The notes under the pieces: model-generated
The model's database searches: none
Told to the model about the DNA's origin: nothing
Seen by the model: only the letters and a program-made list of their open reading frames with translations
Made by a program: the position numbers and the translations under genes
Origin: Octopus vulgaris
Taxonomy: Eukaryota
DNA: 64,000 nt
Direction: 5' to 3'
NCBI GenBank assembly: GCA_951406725.2
Contig: OX597814.1
Coordinates: 174,468,001-174,532,000, forward strand
In this document: positions 25,484-38,628 of the stretch, piece after piece
Layout: the number at the start of each line of letters is the position of its first letter
Numbering within the stretch: the stretch's first letter is position 1

Positions 25484-25581
25484 GTATTACTTAAGTTTAC
25501 CATGAAATGGTCCTTTTTCATGCCGAATTCTACTTGGTGAAATTATTGATTACTTCTTAATTAATTAATTTTACCCTTTGT

Positions 25582-25653
<72 letters not shown>

Positions 25654-25734
25654 TCATCATCGTTTAACGTCCGTTCTCCATGCTACCAGGGAAACCAAGA
25701 AACCAGCCCTCATGGAGTTATGTGAACTAACCAA

Positions 25735-26177
25735 TTCTTTTTACTTGTTTTGGTCACTTTACTACAGTCATGCTGGAGCACCACCTTTAATGGGCTTTAA
25801 TCAAAGAAATAGACCCCAAGACTTATTCTTTGTGAGCTTAGTGCTTATTCTGTTGGGCTCTTTTGCAAAACTGCTAAGTTATGGGGATGTAAACACACCA
25901 ACATCGGTTGTCAAGCGATGGTGAGGGAACAAACACAGATACAAAGACACACAAATATATATATATATATATATCCACACACACACACACACAAACACAT
26001 ATTTACACATACACATGACGGGCTTCTTTCAGTTTCCATCTACCAAATCCACTCACAGGGCTTTGATTGGCTTGAGACTATAGTAGAAGTGACTTGCTCA
26101 AGATGCCATGCAGAGGGATTGAACCTGGAACCATGTGGTTGGGTAGCAAACTTCTTACCACACAGCCATGTCTGCAC
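25735..26177 (-). mobile_element. SINE family B, older copy
   Basis: Homology with CpG decay. Confidence 0.85.
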
Positions 26178-27036
26178 CAATAAATCTATTTTCTATCTTG
26201 TAGACAGGAAGGAAAGTTATCTGGATCTGAGAGACTGGGGGTGGGGGAGAAGGTATCTTCAAACCTCACCTTAGTCGAGATTGTGCTGTCCTTTGGTTTT
26301 GAAATAACTGTGTGATCTCTGCATATTTCTCAGATGATTTTATTGCATGGTTTTTAGTTTTTGTCACATAAATGAATGAAACTGAATTACCTAAAATTCT
26401 TCATCAGCATTTTAATGTCCACTTTTCCATGCTTGCATGACAGATGGAATTCATCAATACAGATTTCCTATGGCTGGGTGCTGTTCATGTTGCCAGCCCT
26501 CACCTGTTTTTAAGCAAAGTAATATTTTCCCATGGCCTGACATATTTTTCATGTAAAACAAGCAAACCTCACTTGAATGATTATGACACTCATTATAATA
26601 TCATGATAATGACACTCAATTATGGCCACTACAAGATGTCTATGCAAGGGCATGCATACAGACACACACATGTAAGGCTTTTTTTAGTTTCCATCTACCA
26701 CATTCATTCACAAGGCTTTGGTTGACCTGGTGCTATAGTAGAAGACACTTTCCTAAGGTGCCATGCAATGGGACTGAACCCAAGATCACGTGGTTGGAAA
26801 GCAAATTTCTTCATCACACAGCCACTATGCCTATGTCAGTTTACAAAAAAAATTGAAATAAATATAGGCGTATATGTGGTCATGTGGTAAGAAGCTTGCT
26901 TCCATGCCACATGGTTCTGGGTTCAGTCCCACTGCATGGCACTTGGGTAAGTGTTTTCTACTATAGCCTCAGGCTAACTAAAGCCTTTAGAGTAGATTTA
27001 GTAGACAGAAACTGAAAGAAGCCCATCATATATATA

Positions 27037-27944
27037 TTGGGTCATCCCATAAATAATGTGGTATTTTTATACTTTTTATTTTTCAAAATTAAAATGAACA
27101 AAGTTCTCTTTTAATCTAAAATGTATTCTCCATTTTCTACAATGTTCTTCCATCTATCTGGTAGACTTGCAAGGCCCCTTTTCCAAAATTCACTTGTCTG
27201 TGACAAAAAATACTCCTCCAGTACTGTTCTGACCTGTTCTACAGAATTCATATTTTTTTCTGTCTAAATGATTTTGAAGAATGCGGAATAAAAGATAATC
27301 TGATGGGGCAATGTTTGGCAAATATGGTGGGTGGGGCATCGTTTCTCATTCAAACTGCTCCAGCTTTTAGAATGTCATCCTTGCAGTATGTGGCCGGGCA
27401 TTATTCTGATGGAAGAATGCCTTTCATCTTGAAACCAAAGCTGGTTGTTTACCAATGACACACAGATGTTGATGAATGGTTGAATGACCAAATCCAAGCT
27501 TCTCTGCAAGTTCTTCAACAGTTATGAGGAGATTTTGTTCCACCAGGGTTTGCAGAATGTCCTCATCAAGCTCTTTAGATCTTCCAGGACAAGGCTCATT
27601 GTATAGGCTGTAGTTTCTGACTTGGAATTTCTGGAACCACCATTGACACTGACTTACACTTATCATCCAATTCCTATATACTGCATTAATATTCCTCACA
27701 CTTGTCTATATTGAACTCACAAAACAAAATATGCCAAATATGCTCTTTTGTCCCTTCCATTATAACTTAAAAAAAAATAACTGTTAAAATCGAACTGCAC
27801 TCTTCAAAATTTGCACTAAGAATAAGGACAAGGTAAAATTACTGCCTGCTTTTATAGCAAGTTGATGCAGGTAGTTTATCCCATCCCCTTCCAACTTTTA
27901 GTTCATGCAATTGAAAAAGCTGCTTTATTTATGGGATGACCCAA
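27037..27944 (-). mobile_element. Internally deleted mariner transposon inserted in the TA linker of a SINE B (26865-28310)
   Basis: TIR TTGGGTCATCCCATAAATAA, TA on the left flank; Mos1-like HTH (WFQKF..PCPGR..TVEELAEKLG..STIHQHL) and PHPPYLPNIAPSDY. Confidence 0.9.
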
Positions 27945-28048
27945 TGAAATATATATATATATATATTAATAAAAGGAATTCCAACCTTGTCCAGACAAGG
28001 TTGGAATTCCTTTTATTAATATATTCTTCTATACACAATCACACACAC

Positions 28049-28091
<43 letters not shown>

Positions 28092-28660
28092 TAATATACA
28101 CACCTATGTGTATGTGTCTTTGTTTATCCCCCCTTCACCGTTTGACAACCAGTGTTGGTGTGATTACATCCCTGCAACTTAACAGTTCAGCAAAAGAAGT
28201 ACTAGGCTTTAGAAATAAGTCCTGGGATCGATTTGTTCAACTTGTACCCCTTCAAGGTGGTGCTCCAGCATGGTCACAATCAAATGACTGAAACTAGTTG
28301 AAGAATAAAGAATTGCCTAATTAGCAAGTCTTTAATTACCATCATTCTACTCTTACCAATCATGTTTCACTGACATTTATTGTAATGATGTCAATCCTTC
28401 TGACTTAACCATGAACCAGTCCAACAAAATTGAGTGCTATTTTGTCTTATGCCATGTCTTCACCATCAGACAGTTACAAACCTGTTTCCAATTGTTGGAA
28501 ACAAGTTTATGTCCTGTGTTTCACATGTGATACACAGAACAGGCAAAAGGTTAAAAACAAAAAAGTAAAGAGTTTTTCCATCAAATTTTGTGACCTAATT
28601 CTCATTACTAGTTTTAACTACAAAGCTTAATTTACATTGGTAATATATTTATGCTATAAA

Positions 28661-29000
28661 TCATCATCGTTTAACGTCCGCTTTCCATGCTGGCATGGGT
28701 TGGACGGTTCAACTGGGGTCTGGGAAGCCAGAAGGCTGCACCAGGCCCAGTCTGATCTGGCAGTGTTTCTACAGCTGGATGCCCTTCCTAACGCCAACCA
28801 CTGCATGAGTGTAGTGGGTGCTTTTTTACGTGCCAGACGAGGCTGGCAAATGACCACGATAGGATGGTGCTTTTTATGTGCCACCGGCACGGGGACCAGA
28901 CAAAGCTGGCAACAGTCACGGTCGGATGGTGCTTTTTACGTGCCACCGGCACGGAGGCCAGTCAGGCGGCGCTGGCTACGGCCACGTTCGGATGGTTCTC
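28661..29000 (-). mobile_element. Family C retroelement
   Basis: Near-identical to 39851-40108 and 63546-63772; internal GGATGGTGCTTTTTA repeats. Confidence 0.85.
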
Positions 29001-29579
29001 ATACGTATCTGTATCCAACTGGAGCTTTCTTTGTTTTGATGTCCACTTTTCCATAATCACATGGATCAGACAGAATTCATTAAGGCACATTTTCTTTAGC
29101 TGGATGCCCTTTCTGTCACCAACCCTCACTTGTTTTCTAAGTGAGGTAATATTTCCCCCCCCCGGTTGGAAATGTTTACTCCAGAAATTGAAAATGAAAG
29201 CCCCAAGTGGTTAGAAAATGTCAGCAGAATTGCACCCAGGAGTCATGACCTGGATGCAGCCTGGCTGTCAACATGCTCAATATAGAAGTTCTATACCATA
29301 TTGTGAGAGCAAAATTAGACAAAGAGAAGAATGTTTTAACAGACATTTTCCATCATTTTCTGTTTATCATAATAATTTTAATGTTTGTTTTTTCACGCTT
29401 GCATGGATTCAGTAGGTCTGCAACATAGCACACTGTTACTGCTATTGATCGTTTCATATTCTCTGTTGACATCCAATTATGCTGAGACTCAATCTAATTA
29501 CTTCCTCCCACATTTTACTTTTGTCTCTTGAGTTGACATAGGAATGATTTGAGATACATAGTAATACACACTTGCCTTA

Positions 29580-29615
29580 TGTATGCATGTATGTGTGTGT
29601 ATATGTGTGTGTATA

Positions 29616-29696
<81 letters not shown>

Positions 29697-29815
29697 ATGT
29701 GTGTGTGTATATGTATGTGTGTGTGTGTGTGTGTATGTGTATATGTGTGTGTATATGTGTGTGTGTGTATATGTGTATATGTGTGTGTGTATATATATAT
29801 ATGTGTGTGTGTGTG

Positions 29816-29864
<49 letters not shown>

Positions 29865-29868
29865 GTAT
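29580..29868. repeat. Compound (TG)/(TA) microsatellite
   Basis: Direct observation. Confidence 0.95.
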
Positions 29869-30174
29869 AAAACCATATTAAGGGTTAGCTTTTGGACTTT
29901 TTGATCGTATCCCGAATGTCCTGTCATTTACAATATACATTATTGATCGACCAAAAAAATTTACATAAACATAATTTGTTAATCTTTCTTAGAATCAGCG
30001 AGAAGTTGGTCGGTGGCACAATTTCTGTTGCAAGATATTGATCACTGTTTCATGAGAAAGCATAACAGGGACTTGTCAATTGAAACAAAGTATTTTTAAT
30101 TACTTTTTCTTCTATGCCTTCATACTAACATGAAATAGGGTTATCCAGTTGTGACTGTACAGCTGTAGTAGCAT

Positions 30175-30387
30175 TACTCTTTACTCTTTTACTTGTTTCA
30201 GTCATTTGACTGCGGCCATGCTGGAGCACCGCCTTTAGTCGAGCAAATCGACCCCGGGACTTATTCTTTGTAAGCCCAGTAATTATTCTATCGGTCTCTA
30301 TTGCCGAACCACTTAGTGATGGGGACGTAAACACACCAGCATCGGTTGTCAAGCAATGCTAGGGGACAAACACAGACAAAAACATAT

Positions 30388-30443
<56 letters not shown>

Positions 30444-30608
30444 CGACAGGCTTCTTTCAGTTTCCATCTACCAAATCCACTCACAAGGCATTGGTCGTCC
30501 TGAGGCTATAGCAGAAGACACTTGCCCAAGATGCCATGCAGTGGAACTGAACCCAGAACCATGTGGTTGGTAAGCAAGCTACTTACCACAAAGCCACTCC
30601 TGCGCCTA
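30175..30608 (-). mobile_element. SINE family B
   Basis: Full-length reverse copy. Confidence 0.9.
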
Positions 30609-31213
30609 TTAATTTTTCTTTCTTTTGTTTTGCATGCGTGTGTGTGTGTGTGTGATACATAATATCTATCAGAGTATGTATGTCAATTGCAGCACCCTTT
30701 ATCTTTTCACAATGAATAAACTGTTCACTTGAGAAACCAAAATCTGATTAAGCCAGTGAGAAACCTCTGTCTGTGAGAATGAACCTTTTTTTTTTTCCTC
30801 ACCAGTGCATTAAAATTTTTATTTCCTAAATATACTTAAGATTGTGACTTGAAAATTTTGCTGCCATTTCCAGAGCAGGGCAAGTAATGAAGTACACACT
30901 ACTTCATTAACACTTCCTTTCCTATTCTTATTTACTCTGCAGACGTCAAGCTGCTAAAGCTAAGCTGAATTAGTGCAACCTGTCTGAGAGAGCCTGCAAA
31001 AGCTTGATCATTGCTCCTTAACACTTTGCCCACCCAAAGCATTTTCATAAGTTTATCCTAAGTATACATGCTTGTTTTTAAACCTTAAGCTAGCCTTAGT
31101 TTCATGTTTTGAGTGATATAAAGCTTTCTTGTTATAAGTTCCAATTTACTCTAATGATTTTAAAAATTGGGAATTTGCATCATACATGATGCATGGAAGT
31201 CAGGGAAATATGT

Positions 31214-31501
31214 GATGTGGAGGCACATGGCCTAGTGGTTAGGGCAGCGGACTTGCGGTTGAGGGATCACGGGTTCGAATCTCAGATGTGCGAAACACCT
31301 AAGCTCTACGCGGCTCCGGCAGAATGTAATGGCGAACTTCTGCTGACTCTTTCGCCACAACTTTCTCTCACTCTTTCCTCCTGCATCTTGCAGCTCACCT
31401 GCGACAGACCGGTGTCCCGTCCAGGTGGGGAACCTATACGCCAAGGAAACCGGGAAACCGGCCCTTATGAGCCAGGCATGGCTCGAGAAGGAACAAACAA
31501 A
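31214..31501 (+). mobile_element. tRNA-derived SINE (family D-related)
   Basis: TGGCCTAGTGG A-box, GGTTCGAATCT B-box, AAC-type tail, 12-bp TSD AGGGAAATATGT at 31202 and 31502. Confidence 0.85.
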
Positions 31502-31803
31502 AGGGAAATATGTCTTGTGTATCACATGTGATACGTAGGGCAGGCAAAAGGTTAAAAACAAAAAGTAAAGAGAAGTTTTTCCATCAAATTTTGTGACCTA
31601 ATTTTTATTACTAGTTTTAACCACAAAGCTTAATTTATATTGGTAATATATTTATGCTATAAATCTAAAATACTATTTCCCTTAAGGTGTGGAAATATTG
31701 ATATTTCACTACGTACTTAAATTTTTAAATGGTTATGTAGTTTCTCTTCCTCCTTTCCTTTCTTTCTTCAATTGAAAAAAGTATAGATATGTTAAGAGGA
31801 ATG

Positions 31804-31843
<40 letters not shown>

Positions 31844-32080
31844 GTTTGAGAAATGTAGGAGATTAACTGTGATGATTCAAAGATTACCCAGAGAAGGTTA
31901 TAGATCCAGAGATTATATTAGTAACTCATTGTTGTTTTAGGTCATTAATTATCTCTTTCATTACTGCAATCCCAAGGTTTAGGAGTCATGGTGATTGTTT
32001 GTTTGTGTGTGTTTGTGTGTTTGCATGGCTCGGTATGTTTGAGGCGTGTGTATGTATGTGTGTGTGTGTGTGTGTGAATA

Positions 32081-32486
32081 TCTTTATATATAAAAGTCAA
32101 GTTGTGTGTCTGTCTCCTACGATTTAGATTCCTAACTACTCCCACATTTTGCAGTGCATTTTAACCAAAACCGGGTATCTTATAGTCGTGATTCATATCG
32201 AGCCCTTCTGGGTATTAGCGCGCGTCTACGATGAGTCTACGATTTTAAAAATAATTTACCATCATTTTTTTCCATTTTAATGCATTTTTACTCGGTTTTA
32301 TATATATATATATATAAGGGAAGTAACTCTCTAAAAATGTCTACGATGAGTCAACGATTTAAAAAAAATTACCATCGTTTTTTTTCCATTTTTAATGCAT
32401 CTTTTTGCTATTTTTTGGCTATAACTCTCTAAAATGCTTTATAGTTATTTCCCTTACAAACCCGAGCAACCGGATGATACTGCTAG
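32081..32486 (+). mobile_element. Complete non-autonomous Helitron
   Basis: A|TCTTTATATATAAAAG start, CCCGAGCAACCGG subterminal hairpin remnant, CTAG|T end. Confidence 0.85.
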
Positions 32487-33622
32487 TATATATATATAAA
32501 ATAAATCTCATTTTTATGTTTACTTTTCCTTATATGAATGAGTTGGACAGATCCTTTCTAATACAGCAGCTCGCCACTTAAGAGTATTGTAAAATACTTG
32601 AAACATTATAATGTGTAAATGCTATAAATATTAGAAAAAAAATCTTTAAGCAATGCAGGTGAGAACTTGGGCAGGATATGTACCATACTGCCAACAAGTA
32701 AAAACAAAAACATCATGTTATATTACCTTCTATTATATTTGGGGAAAGATTTCCCTTATCAAATATATTGACTCACTGACACTTTGTCAGTTACGATGTC
32801 ATGGGTTCTAGTTGATCCAATCAATCGAACAGCCTTCTCATGAAATTAACATGCATGTGGCTGAGCACTCCACAAACACATGTAACGTTAATGTAGTTTT
32901 CAGGAAGATTCAGCATGACACGGTATGAGAAGGCTGGCCCTTTGAAATACAGGTACTACTCATTTTTGCCAGCTGAGTGGACTGGAGCAATGTGAAATAG
33001 TCTTGCTTGAAGACCCAACACATCACCAGGAATTGACTTCATGACCTTTCATTCATGAGCCAAATGCCCTAACCACTAAGTCATGTGTATTCACCTATCA
33101 AATATAAGAAAGAAAATAATCCCAGAGTTCAAGAGAAAAAGTGTTGCTATTGGCAGACCAGTCTAGGGTGTTGTAATGAAAAGCATTGATGAATTGAATA
33201 CTTGGGTCTTGTCCCACTGTGTGAAAGCTTTATATTAATCTGATTTATTTGCATTCAATAATGTATCCTTGCCATGCATTACATGTTATATATTTGTACA
33301 AGAGACCAACACTGATATATATGTATATGTTTTTCTGTGCAGGTGCACTGATATACTTATGTTTATTTGCATATATTATTTTATTTGTGGTTACAGTATT
33401 TGTAATTCTAAAATTTTCATTGAAGAAAACTTTAACTGACTTCAACTCCTTATTCCATAAACAGCATACTTTGAGAATTTCCTTGCAGTTTGACAACTAT
33501 CTTTGTCATTTACCTGAACATTTTGAAGGTCAGGAATATATTTGCATATATATATATTTAAATATCTATAAATACACACATGTGTGTGTGTTTGTATATA
33601 TACATACATACATACATACATA

Positions 33623-35255
33623 CAGGGAGACATCAGCTTAAGTCATTTATAATATATGGGACATCAAGTCGTTTTACTTGACTTCACATCGGTCTGCCAA
33701 TATTGGAATCATAAAAATACTAAAATACATTAAAAGCACATACAATCATGCTACAATAAGATAAGAATAAAATCATATTAAAATACAGTAAATGTATACA
33801 CCATAAAGTAGTGTAGCCTAGTTCACTAAAGCATGAAATCAGCTGTGTTGTCTTATTTATCTGTCTTTCGGAGCTCATATTGCACTGGTAGTTCCAATAT
33901 TTACCATTAGGCATCATCGTGATTCCTGCAATTGTTTTGAATTCAGATTCTCTCATTTACATTCACTTGTAACTTTAATTTTTGCCTCCATGCTCCTAAG
34001 AAATATCCTGGTGAAAGTGCTAAGTATCATGTTATAATGCAGGAAGATAAGTTGGCGATGATAAAACATCATGATAAAGGTGGAAAAGCTGTAGCAGTTG
34101 TACGATCTTTTGGGGTGAGTCAGACAACTGTATTGACGAATGTGCATAATAAGGACAAAATTTTAACACATATCACATCTGAAGCCCCAGGGATGAAGAA
34201 TACTGTCTTTTTGAAGAAATGGAAAATCTTCTATCCATTTAGATTGATAGGCAGAAATATCAGAATGCTACTCTTAGTCAAGAGATTGTTCAGCAGAAAG
34301 TGTTGTCTTTAAGGACCTGAAGAAAAAATATCCAGATGAGAAAGATGTAGAGTTCAAGGCAAGTCAAGGATGATTTATGAGATTTAAAAACCAGAGAAGT
34401 TATCACTTCCTTAAGAAATAAGGTGAAAGAGCATCAGCTGATGAACGTGCAGCAGTGAAATTTCCTGCAACATTGAAGAGCATCAAAGAAAACAAGCAAC
34501 AAAATCAAGAAGAGCAAGTCGAACCTGAGCCATGCCACTTTACCATTAAGAGAATGCAGCAAGCATTTGCACACATCAAAAAAGATCTTGCTATGTTTGA
34601 AGATATGGATCCAAATGCTCAACACTTTTCCAAGATTATGGAGGCTTATCATGAAGCTTTTGCTCCTTATGTAATCCTTAACGAAAAGAAGACAGTTCAA
34701 GGCACTCTTGACTAATTCATTAAATGCATCAAATGACAAAAACTACCAGAATCAGCTGATGATGTTGACGTTGACAATCCTCAGCCATCTACATCTACAA
34801 TGTAAACATCACCAAATTTTACATATTGGTATATTTAGAATACTTTTTTTATTTTTTTTTACTTTATCCCAAAATAATAATTATTTGTTTATAAACTTAA
34901 AATAGGTTGTTATTAACTGTATCATATTGTAAATGCATTCATAAAGTACAGCACTGGGAATGGCTATTAGCGATGTAAACACCACCAAATTGTACGTAAT
35001 AGTAAATTTAAAATACTTCAGTTTTTTTTTGTTTTTACTGTATTACAAAATGATAAATACATTTGTTTATAAACTTAAAATAGGATTTTATTAACCATGC
35101 CTTATCAAAGATACATTCATAAATAAAGTACAGCACTGAGGAATGGCTATTTAGATGTTTAGGCTAGGCCAGGCCTAGCCTAGCCTATAGACAAGCAACT
35201 TGACTTCAGTCATATCTCTTGGAACCAGTTAACAACTTAGGGTGAGGTGTACTTG
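33623..35255 (+). mobile_element. Tigger/pogo-like transposon lacking the DDE domain
   Basis: CENP-B-type HTH (EDKLAMIKHHDKG..SQTTVLT..NKDKI), FKASQG*FMRFK, GERASADERAA, FEDMDPN..QGTLD; TA flanks, degenerate TIRs. Confidence 0.8.
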
Positions 35256-35271
35256 TAGATAGATATATATA

Positions 35272-35314
<43 letters not shown>

Positions 35315-35575
35315 AGGGGTTTGTATGATTGTGTATAGAGGGATATATATTATTCAAAGAAATTCCAACTCTGTCTGTTTTGTATGTTTTATTTATATTC
35401 TTTATAATATTAATGTAGAATATATAGTATAAATAATATATATATATAGTAAAATGAAATGAAGTATTGATTGTCTTATTGAATAGATGAAATAATGAAT
35501 ATCAAATATTAAGGGACTAGTATACTTTCTTGCATTAAAGCAGTCTTCAAGGTCCCAGGTCGTGACAGGAGTGTT

Positions 35576-35631
<56 letters not shown>

Positions 35632-35810
35632 CACACACACATATATGTGTGTGTATGTATGAATGTGTATATATATATATATATTTAATTCGAAGATATG
35701 TTAACCATGTGAAGGGATGGTTGCATCCAAGGAAATATTGGTTCAATACCTAGAATTGTTGAGAATGAAATTCCCTTAAAACAATAGGCATGTAGTTTAT
35801 ATCCAGTTAA

Positions 35811-36212
35811 AAGAAGAAAAGAAAAATGGAGATATTATTAACAAATTGGTCATCTTCGCTTCTTTCAGCCATTTCAATTAATACTTAATACAATTTGTAC
35901 ATTAAATTTGCATTTATGTGACATGAGCATAATTTCATCAGAGAAAAAATTTACCTTGATGTTCTATGTAGGCCTATCAATTCATTTCAGTAGACTAAAT
36001 ATTTAGTCTACTGAAATGAATTGATAGATCTACATAAAACATCTCAAGGTACATCATTTTTATTTTCTGAAATTATGCTCATGTCACATAAATGTAAATT
36101 TAATGTACAAATTTGTAATTAAATTATTGAAATGGCTGTAAGAAGTGAAGATTACCAATTTGTTGATAATTCATAATTGTTAACTTCCTTATCTCCATTT
36201 TCTTTTCTTCTT
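35811..36212. repeat. Long loopless palindrome, ~190-bp arms, centre 36000/36001
   Basis: Inner 27 bp perfect, outer arms diverged with indels. Confidence 0.9.
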
Positions 36213-36269
36213 ATATATATATATATATATATCAGTAAATGTAATATGTGACAATTATTCGGTAGCCAT

Positions 36270-36330
36270 GATAAAACTCCTAGTTTCGGATGCCAAGGTG
36301 GAAATCCATGCTGCCATCTCTTCAGTTATC
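36270..36330 (-). ncRNA. Type I hammerhead ribozyme fold, intact core
   Basis: GATAA-CTGAAGA-GATG..CATC-C-GAAA-CT-AGG-AGT-T-TTATC: stem I GATAA/TTATC, stem II GATG/CATC, stem III ACT/AGT, GUU site. Confidence 0.7.
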
Positions 36331-36363
36331 CGGCCATCGAAAAAAGCGTTTTTCTAATGGCCG

Positions 36364-36424
36364 GATAACTGAATAGATGGTGGCGTGGATTTCCCCCTCA
36401 GCATCCGAAACTCGGAGTTTTATC
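36364..36424 (+). ncRNA. Type I hammerhead fold, core mutated (CTGAATA)
   Basis: Mirror copy; G8 replaced by T, predicted inactive. Confidence 0.55.
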
Positions 36425-38383
36425 ATGGCAACCGAATAATTGTCACATATTACATTTACAGATAAATTCCTCTATTTACATAATATCGAGGTCTCTTTCT
36501 TTCTTCTTTTGTTATCTTACCGTTTTTATCAATATATATATATATATACCCGTACCCATGTTAGAATAAAAGGCAGACGTTAAACAATGATGATGATATA
36601 AATATATATATGATCAAATTCATGTATGCATGTCTAGCTCTGTGTGTATGTATGATTGGCTAGCTGTTCATGTGCAGTGCCATTATAAGGCATGGACATA
36701 CTGGGCAGTTGCCCAGGAGCCTCACAAATTTAGGGGTCCAGTGCATTGATTTTCCTAGAGGATCTATAATACTGCTAGGACAGCCCAGTCTGTGTGTATG
36801 CCTGTCTGGCCAGTTGTGTCTGTGCATGCATGCACACATGTATGTATATTTGTCGCTCCATGTTCCCTGGCAACCGGTTGGCAGAATCAGTAAAGGTGGT
36901 GGACAAAATGTGTTGAGATATTTATTTGCATACCTTGATATTCAGAGTTCACATCCCACCCACTTGGACATTAATCAGCTACCTGACCAACAAGGGACAT
37001 CTCTAGGCAGTTATTTGTTTTCCTAGAAATAGCAGTTAAATCCCATTCATACATCTAAATCATTCACTACTGTCATACCATCACAAAGAAAATATACTTT
37101 GGATAAGTTATTCTCAAATATATTAGGTCTGGAGAAGAAAAATGAGATGATGACAGCTGGAATAACTTTAATTTTTACCAGCTGACACCTAGGGCAAGTG
37201 TCTTTTCTTCTATGGCTCCAAGCTGACTAAAACCATTGTGGGTTTGGTGAAACTGAAAGAACTCCATTGTATGTGTGTGTACATACATACAGAGTGTACC
37301 CCTCATCACATGTTCACCATCTCTCTCTCTTTCTTCCCCCTCTCTCTTTATCTCCTCTTTCTCTCTCCTATTGAATAGATGTCCTTACTACAAGACTTCT
37401 ATTTATTTCCTTCTGTTCATACTCTAACTTGTAATCTGGCACAAAACCACCTTCCTCAATACTACTCCCCCATTTCAGTTGAGGGGGTCTTGACTTGTAA
37501 ATCATTTGGTGACCTCTCTGCTGCTGGTGCACCATGAAAAAAAGTACCAAGTACTCTGAAGTAGTTGGTACAAGGAAGGGCATCTAGCCAAAGAAACCAT
37601 GGCAAAGCAGACAGTAGAGCTTGGCTTGGAACAGTCTTTTCACTTTCCAACTCCTGTCAAATCATCCAACCCATGCCAGCATGAATGGAGGAAGTTAAAT
37701 GATAATATAAAGATTGTGTGTGTGTTCCACCACCATTTAACAACCATTGTTGGTTTGTTTACATTGCCATAACTTAGCAGTTCAGTGTAAGAGACTGATA
37801 GTATAAGTATCAGGCTTCAAGAAAAGAATTGGTGTCAATTTGTTTGACTAAAATCTTCCAAGGTGGTGTCCCAACATGGTCACAGTCCAGTAACTGAAGC
37901 AAGATAAAAGATAGACCTACCCAGCCAGATCTAACCTTTAGACAAATCTATAACAACTACCGCCCAAATGGAAGATTAGTTGTGTAGGCTTTGTTATATT
38001 TTATTATTTTTAGTCTTTTTTTATGACTAATTCATAAACATAAAAATTATAAGTAAAAATGTTAAGGTGGTAGAGTTTTTGTTTTTAAACTGAATACAAA
38101 AAGCTTACATTCAGGAGAAAGGGATATGGAAAGAACTTCTTTGATAGAGCTAGAAATGCTAATTTTATTTATTTTTTTTCTTTTGGCCTTAATGTGTAAC
38201 AGCTGTGCTTTTCCTACAGGGTTCTGTAATTGTGGTCTTTTCAGGTTTCCTTTATTAGTGAAGAAGGAAGGGCAGTGCCTTTTACAGAGCTTCTGTGCCT
38301 ATGACAAAAACAGGGAATCAAATGTAATTAATAAAAATGATGACTTTTAATGTTTAGTCCAAGTCAGCTCTGATCCAGTAGAC

Positions 38384-38628
38384 CAATGGGTTTTCAACCA
38401 TTTTTTTGCCTATGGATCCCTTTGATTCCTATTTTACTCTGATGGATCTCCATGTTAAAAAATCTTATTATCTTTTTATAATTAGGTATTATTAAGGATT
38501 TTATTTAAAAAATTAAAATGTTTTGTGTATCATAGAAGTGTAACTAATTTATTGCTCACAAACTTTAACAACAAAATCTTATATGGGGCGCCAAGGGTCA
38601 TATAAGGGACCCTAGTTGAGAACCACTG
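38384..38628. mobile_element. hAT (Charlie-like) MITE
   Basis: CAATGGGTTTTCAAC / GTTGAGAACCACTG termini; 8-bp TSD CAGTAGAC/CTGTAGAC. Confidence 0.75.

Larger units (their letters stand above)
36235..36459. repeat. Foldback (~105-bp arms) of a Penelope-like element terminus
   Basis: Reverse-complement arms, (TA)n flanks, unpaired tail to ~36533. Confidence 0.85.

Noticed and set aside
26203-30973. Spliced 39-aa peptide joining exon 1, DRKESYLDLRDWGWGR and RQAAKAKLN*
   Set aside because: Phases fit and the 30943 acceptor is strong, but such fits arise by chance and the product is unrecognisable.
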